Assembly (NCBI GenBank): GCA_965140785.1
Contig: OZ223481.1
Location: forward strand, 608,001 to 672,000
Source of the DNA: an uncultured Ruficoccus sp.
Lineage (GTDB): Bacteria; Verrucomicrobiota; Verrucomicrobiia; Opitutales; Cerasicoccaceae
Length of the DNA stretch: 64,000 nucleotides
Direction of reading: 5' to 3'
Below are positions 62,770 through 64,000 of the stretch, one piece after another; position 1 is the stretch's first letter, and the number at the start of each line of letters is the position of its first letter. The position numbers were made by a program, and so were the translations under genes. Under the pieces are notes generated by a model. It saw only the letters and a list, made by a program, of their open reading frames with translations, searched no databases and was not told the origin of the DNA.

Positions 62770-64000
62770 CTATTCCCGCGCCGGCTGCCTTACCTTCGCC
62801 AGCAGCATGAGGGGCAGAATGAGGACGGCAGCCCCGACGGCGTAGGTCACGCTGGAGCCCAGGCAATAATAGAGCAGGGCGGCCAGGATCGGGCCGATGG
62901 CGCGGGCGAGGGCTCCGGCGCTGCGGAACAGCCCCAGGTAGCGGCCTTGTTCGGCGCTGCCGGCATGGAGGGAGACCAGCGCGACCAGGCAGGGGAAGAC
63001 CAGCCCGGAACCGATCGACATGAAGCCCAGCGCGACGAAAAACGAGCTTTGCCGGATAATGGCCGCGATCAGCAGGAAGGACAGCGCCATGAACACGATG
63101 CCCGCCAGGGTGAGGCGTTTCTCGCCCAGCCGCGGAGCCATCCGGCGGACGAATCCGCCCTGCACGAGGATCAGGATGAAGCCGATGAAGAGAAACATCA
63201 TCCCGATGTCCTTCGTCGAGTAGGCGAAGTGCTCGACCACGTAAAAGGTCAGCATGAACTCCATCCCGCTAAAGGAGAGGGTGTAGAAGAAGTTCGTGTT
63301 GCAGATCCGGCGGATGTCCGGCAGGGGGATGCGGAAGAGCGCCAGCAGGCTGCGGTCGGTCTTGGAGGAGCTGGCGCGGGCGGCTTCGCGGTCAGCGTCG
63401 CTGAGGGTTTCCCGAAAACCCCACTGGATGAAAATGAGGTTGATCACAGACAGGCCGCAGGCGATGGCGGCGGGCACGGAAAAGGGATTGATGCCCCAGG
63501 CTTCCCAGGAGGGGTTAGCGGCGAGCCAGTTCCACTGGGCGCTGATGCCGCCGATGGCCGGTCCGAGCAGGAACCCCAGCGCGAAGGCGACCCCGACGAG
63601 GGCCATGCCACGCGAGCGGGCTTCGCGGCCCGTCACATCGGAGACAGCGGCAGTGGCCACGGCGATGTTGCCGCTCATGACCCCGGCCAGCACGCGGGTG
63701 GCCAGCAGAATCCAGAGCTGGCCGGAGAAAATCCAGCCCAGGTAGCTCAGGGCGGTGGCGCTCATGGTCAGCAGCAGGACCGGGCGGCGGCCAATGCGGT
63801 CTGAGAGCCGCCCCCAGATGGGGGAGAAGACGAACTGAAGCAGCGAAAAAAGCGAGCCGAAGATGCCGCCGAAGATGACCGTGACCAGGAAGCGCGAGTG
63901 CTCATTGGCGAAGGTTTCCCCCAGCCAGCCGCCGCCGTCGGGCCCGAGGTAGTAGTCCAGCATCGCCGGATAGAGCGGGAAAATGATGGAAAAGCCCATC
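62770..64000 (-). CDS. MFS transporter, DHA1/TetA-like (5' partial)
   Basis: WGRLSDRIGRRPVL, GFLLGPAIGG. Confidence 0.88.
   Translation of the reverse strand, partial: MGFSIIFPLYPAMLDYYLGPDGGGWLGETFANEHSRFLVTVIFGGIFGSLFSLLQFVFSPIWGRLSDRIGRRPVLLLTMSATALSYLGWIFSGQLWILLATRVLAGVMSGNIAVATAAVSDVTGREARSRGMALVGVAFALGFLLGPAIGGISAQWNWLAANPSWEAWGINPFSVPAAIACGLSVINLIFIQWGFRETLSDADREAARASSSKTDRSLLALFRIPLPDIRRICNTNFFYTLSFSGMEFMLTFYVVEHFAYSTKDIGMMFLFIGFILILVQGGFVRRMAPRLGEKRLTLAGIVFMALSFLLIAAIIRQSSFFVALGFMSIGSGLVFPCLVALVSLHAGSAEQGRYLGLFRSAGALARAIGPILAALLYYCLGSSVTYAVGAAVLILPLMLLAKVRQPARE

Overview
The window has two parts. Bases ~277-27654 are a ~27 kb integrative element at the 3' end of a tRNA-Gly(CCC) gene (27609-27683, minus strand), bounded by ~170-bp direct repeats. 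It encodes a family B DNA polymerase with the motif pattern of primer-independent piPolBs (1636-4125), a tyrosine integrase and an excisionase-like protein, so it looks like a pipolin. Its backbone also has DUF932 and Cas4/RecB-like nuclease genes. Its cargo is a sugar-utilisation locus (PEP-CTERM protein, prepilin/H-X9-DG protein, glycoside-hydrolase-like proteins, SIS, Gfo/Idh/MocA, MFS, LacI, AraC) plus nested IS30/IS3/IS66 remnants. Unexplained non-coding structure inside the element: (1) two copies of an 11-bp inverted repeat with an 8-bp spacer plus a 19-mer, the spacer flipped between copies; (2) clustered AAGTCACTAG arm-type sites; (3) a ~105-bp direct repeat with a perfect 18-bp palindrome around a Sel1 gene. 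Bases ~27.9-64 kb are GC-rich housekeeping genes (infC, fabV, uvrB, sucCD, rph, ispG, rseP, dxr, cdsA, uppS, folE2, UvrD-family helicase, long GreA, RsmB). Gene content suggests Verrucomicrobiota, probably Opitutia (inference). Frameshifts in several core genes suggest uncorrected sequencing indels. All calls come from reading motifs by eye; no searches were run.
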